A DNA stretch of 64,000 bases. It comes from an uncultured Acidobacteriota bacterium (GTDB lineage: Bacteria > Acidobacteriota > Thermoanaerobaculia > Gp7-AA8). Numbering within the stretch: the first letter of the stretch is position 1; the number at the start of each line of letters is the position of its first letter. Below the pieces are notes generated by a model. It had not been told where the DNA came from and did no database searches. It worked only from the letters and a program-made list of their open reading frames with translations. The DNA lies in contig CAWGHO010000002.1 in assembly GCA_963822445.1 (NCBI GenBank), positions 1,024,001 through 1,088,000 of the forward strand. Direction: 5' to 3'. Shown here in pieces: positions 58,195 to 64,000 of this stretch. A program made the translations under genes and the position numbers.

Positions 58195-59220
58195 ATGCGT
58201 GTACTTCATCTCGCCGCCGGCAACCGATGGACAGGCGCGGCCGCGCCGGCGTTCGCGGAAGTGGAGGCGTTGCGGCTCGCCGGCGTGGACGCGCATTACG
58301 CGTACGTCGGCGGGTACAAGCTGCAGGCGAAGCTCGGTCATCACGACTTCGCCCATCCGCTGATCGAGAAGGCCCAGAATCCGTTTTCCTTCAAACGGAC
58401 CGTCTACGCGATCCACCGTCTCGTTCGCCGCCATGGCTTCGACGTCATCCACGCGCATCTGACCTACGACCACTGGGTCGCGCTTTTCGTCGCGCGTGAT
58501 CACAACCTTCAACTTGCTCGCACGTTTCACGCGCGGCGCGTGCTGCGCAGGGATCCGTTCACGCGTTCGCTCGTGCGCGAGACCCACCACCTTTTCGCGG
58601 TCAACGCGTCCTTTGAGGTGCGCGGGCGAAGTGTCACATTTACCCCGCCACCGATCGATCACCGCCAGTTCCATCCCGACGGGCCGGCGATCGAAACGGA
58701 TTCGAAGATCGTCACGGTCATCGGCAAGCTCTCCGCGGGTCGCGGGTTCGAAGAGGCACTGCAGTCGTACGCGGCGTTGCGACGTCTTCGCACGGACGTG
58801 AAGCTGATGATCATCGGCCACGGCGAGCATCGGCCGGTGCTCGAACAGCTCGCGTCGTCGCTGGGCATCGCCGATCACGTCATCTGGGCCGGCTACCACG
58901 AGGACGATCTCGCCGAGCATTACCGCGCCTCGAGCCTGCTGTTCTTCACCGCGCGGGGATCGGATGAAGGGCACCGGGCCGTGCTCGAGGCGATGGCCTG
59001 CGGCGTGCCGCCGGCGACGTATCCAATCCAGGGGATTTCGGCGCTGGTACCGGCCGGACACATCGCGTCATCGGCGTCGCCGGAGGCGCTCGCTTCGCTC
59101 GCCGCGTCGCTGCTGGATGGCGATCACCGGCAGGCGATGTACGAGCGCTCGCTCGAGTTCGGATACGACCGCGCCGCGCGGCGGTTGATGCAGGTGTACG
59201 AGCCTATGCCGACGCAATGA
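58195..59220 (+). CDS. Glycosyltransferase family 4
   Basis: DVIHAH, IGHG, DEGHRAVLEAMACGVP. Confidence 0.9.
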   Translation: MRVLHLAAGNRWTGAAAPAFAEVEALRLAGVDAHYAYVGGYKLQAKLGHHDFAHPLIEKAQNPFSFKRTVYAIHRLVRRHGFDVIHAHLTYDHWVALFVARDHNLQLARTFHARRVLRRDPFTRSLVRETHHLFAVNASFEVRGRSVTFTPPPIDHRQFHPDGPAIETDSKIVTVIGKLSAGRGFEEALQSYAALRRLRTDVKLMIIGHGEHRPVLEQLASSLGIADHVIWAGYHEDDLAEHYRASSLLFFTARGSDEGHRAVLEAMACGVPPATYPIQGISALVPAGHIASSASPEALASLAASLLDGDHRQAMYERSLEFGYDRAARRLMQVYEPMPTQ

Positions 59221-60628
59221 CCTTGAGCTCGACCGAGATCGGCGTCGGCAACGAGTCCACGCCAACCGTCGTTCGCGTCGGCTGGATCTGCCCGAAGTAC
59301 TCCGCGTAAACCTGATTGAACTGCTCGAAGTCGCGCTGCATGTCGGTCAGGTAGACCGTCACGTCGAACACTTTTTCCAGCGAGCTCCCCGCCGCTTCGA
59401 GAATTGCCTTCACGTTCTCGATACACGCGCGGGTCTGCACTTCGATGTCGTGCCCGAGGACGCTGCCGGCGCCGTCGCGGATGATGCCGGGAATCTCCCC
59501 CGTCCCCGGTTTGCGCGGGCCGATGCCCGAAAGGAACAGCAGCTCGCCGACGCGCTTGGCGTGCGGATACGGACCGACAGGTGCCGGCGCTTTATCCGTG
59601 CGGATGACGTCGGGGCGAATCTCCTTCGCCGGAACGTCGCGTTGCGATGGAGCCTCGCCGTAGTCGTCCTGCGACGTCATGTCGCTCGCGCGGTGAACGT
59701 CCGGACCTTCGGCGAGGACGTTGTGCGACTCGAGCCCCGTTCCGCCGCCGGCCGCGAAGTCGGGCACCGGTCCTTCGTCGAATTCCTTCTCCCAGTCGAT
59801 CTGCTTGCTGGCGTTCGGGGTGAGCTCGACGATGCCGTTGCCCGTCCCCCAGACCGGCTGGTAGTCCCACACCTTGCCGTCGTATTTGTTGTTCTCCCCC
59901 ATCACCGCGCCGAGCCACCAGATGGCCTTGAAGCCCATGTCCGCGTTGGCCTCGCGGCCGAAATCGCGCGCGACCTGCGCCACGTCCTCGAGCCGCCCTT
60001 CGCCGAGCATCTCCAGGATCTTGCGATTCCACTCGTCGTCTTTCTGCGAGGAGATGCGGTCGTTGGCGGGATCGATCTCCGCGACCTCGTAGCGGTTGGA
60101 GAGATTCGTCACACAGACGACGATGGTCTTCTTGCCATACGCATCGATGGCGGCGCGGCCGGCGAATCCGAGGGCGCGCGTCTCTTCCCGCTCCGCGTAG
60201 ATGTTGCACGAGACGATCGACGCCGGAATGGCGTTGTCGGGATTGAGGAGCTTCAGCGCGACGACGGTTCCCGTGTCGATCGGAAACCCGTGATACGCCA
60301 CGGTCGCGGCCTGCATGCCGTGCTCTTTGCAGATCTTCGCGTACAGCTCCCCGAACTTCGGATCGATCCTGAATTCATACGGGATCTCGCCGAGGTCGTA
60401 CCAGTTCTGATCGACGAGCGTCCACTTCGGGGCCGGATCGGTCTGGAAGAGATGACCGATGACGGAGAACCATTGGGTGGAGTAGACGAGCATCAGCTCG
60501 GCGCCGGAGGTGGCGATTTCCTTCCCGACCGCTTCGAACGATCGTCGCAAGCTCCCCCAACCTTCGTTGCGGTCGGGCGCCAGGTACGGGTGCGGCTGGC
60601 CGGGGACGATGTAGGCCTTGAGGATCAT
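59204..60628 (-). CDS. Fusion: 2-aminophenol 1,6-dioxygenase alpha-subunit-like (LigB fold) plus RidA-family 2-aminomuconate deaminase-like domain
   Basis: VPGQPHP, YSTQW, FPIDTGT, YQPVWGTG; acidic linker; APAPVGPYPHA..LSGIGPR..PTRTTV..VELK. Confidence 0.85.
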   Translation of the reverse strand: MILKAYIVPGQPHPYLAPDRNEGWGSLRRSFEAVGKEIATSGAELMLVYSTQWFSVIGHLFQTDPAPKWTLVDQNWYDLGEIPYEFRIDPKFGELYAKICKEHGMQAATVAYHGFPIDTGTVVALKLLNPDNAIPASIVSCNIYAEREETRALGFAGRAAIDAYGKKTIVVCVTNLSNRYEVAEIDPANDRISSQKDDEWNRKILEMLGEGRLEDVAQVARDFGREANADMGFKAIWWLGAVMGENNKYDGKVWDYQPVWGTGNGIVELTPNASKQIDWEKEFDEGPVPDFAAGGGTGLESHNVLAEGPDVHRASDMTSQDDYGEAPSQRDVPAKEIRPDVIRTDKAPAPVGPYPHAKRVGELLFLSGIGPRKPGTGEIPGIIRDGAGSVLGHDIEVQTRACIENVKAILEAAGSSLEKVFDVTVYLTDMQRDFEQFNQVYAEYFGQIQPTRTTVGVDSLPTPISVELKVIASA

Positions 60629-60634
60629 GGTCGT

Positions 60635-63372
<2,738 letters not shown>

Positions 63373-63376
<4 letters not shown>

Positions 63377-64000
63377 CGCAGGTGCACCGGAGATCCCGCG
63401 TCTTCGCGCGGGATAAAGTCAGTAGGATCGAACTCCCACCGATCCACATCCGGGTCCCACGAATCCCACGGCACAATGGCCGCCATCCGCTCCCGCAGAT
63501 TCGGCGGAATGACCTCGGGCACGATGTAAGCCTTCTGCCGCCGCAGTTTGTAAGGGTTGCGGAACTCGAACCCGAGGACGCCGAGGATGTAGCGGGCGAT
63601 GTACCAGGTTGCCTGCGGGTTCCAGCCGTGGGCGATCTTGACGACCACGCCGAGACCTTCCGGGTATTCGGGATGCTCGATGGAGAGGCCGAGCAGACCA
63701 TCGGCGCCTTCCTTGGCCAGCACGCGGCCGTGGCAGGCCTTGAGGATCGTCGAGTCGAGGCGATTGAAGCCGCCGATCAGGTCGGGATGCTCGATCATCG
63801 CGTTCCAGATCCAGTCCTGATCCTTCTCGGTGACCAGGTTCGCGAACAGGCGCGCGAGATCGGTGACGGTCATCGACACGGTCGGCAGTCCGCAGCCGTC
63901 CTTGGCGATCGTGCCGACTTTCCATTCATCGCCGAGGACTGATTGGAGGTAGGCGAGGTGCTCCTGGAAGAACGGGTGGTGCGGCCAGACGTAGCCGACA
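63373..64000 (-). CDS. Asparaginase II (Rhizobium-type) family protein, 5'-truncated by window edge
   Basis: Frame is open to the window end: GYVWPHHP...KDGCGLPT, AKEGADG, VKIAHG; ATGA overlap with the dehydrogenase gene. Confidence 0.75.

Overview
High-GC bacterial chromosomal window. Gene content and style suggest Acidobacteriota, possibly Thermoanaerobaculia-like, but that is inference only. (1) 1-6040 is an RHS polymorphic-toxin array: a 5'-truncated RHS gene with an HExxHxxGxxH metalloprotease tip plus a membrane immunity candidate, two decayed RHS-core stubs, and an orphan RHS copy with a different Cys-rich tip plus a TPR-like immunity candidate. (2) 6-36 kb is mostly housekeeping and envelope genes: C-N hydrolase, VOC, PaaI, receiver, Crp, Kup, ABC/M1 peptidase, PQQ sugar dehydrogenase, UDG, moaA, a hybrid histidine kinase, a SpoIIE-type phosphatase, a radical SAM protein, a homocysteine methyltransferase/MTHFR under a SAM-II-like riboswitch, PBP1B and a histone-H1-like protein. 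(3) 37-46 kb is a Ser/Thr phosphosignalling cluster: PP2C, a trypsin-TM-FHA fusion, a Zn-ribbon-FHA protein, two kinases, a TPR protein and a divergent FHA-GAF-cyclase. Part of it has many 1-nt indels that are probably assembly errors. (4) 46-59 kb holds lepB, an AhbAB-like gene, IDH, an AmgK-like kinase, tandem cyclophilins and an ECF sigma/anti-sigma operon. (5) 59-64 kb is a 2-aminophenol meta-cleavage (amn-like) operon with an AmnA-RidA fusion. It is interrupted by a four-helix-bundle gene enclosed in perfect 29-bp heptamer-repeat inverted arms. Best leads: that inverted-repeat cassette and its empty heptamer-repeat relatives, a shared C-terminal RRRS[TV]RK tail on unrelated secreted enzymes, the protease-FHA kinase cluster, and palindromic elements inserted in-frame in genes. 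No rRNA, tRNA, CRISPR array or transposase was recognised.
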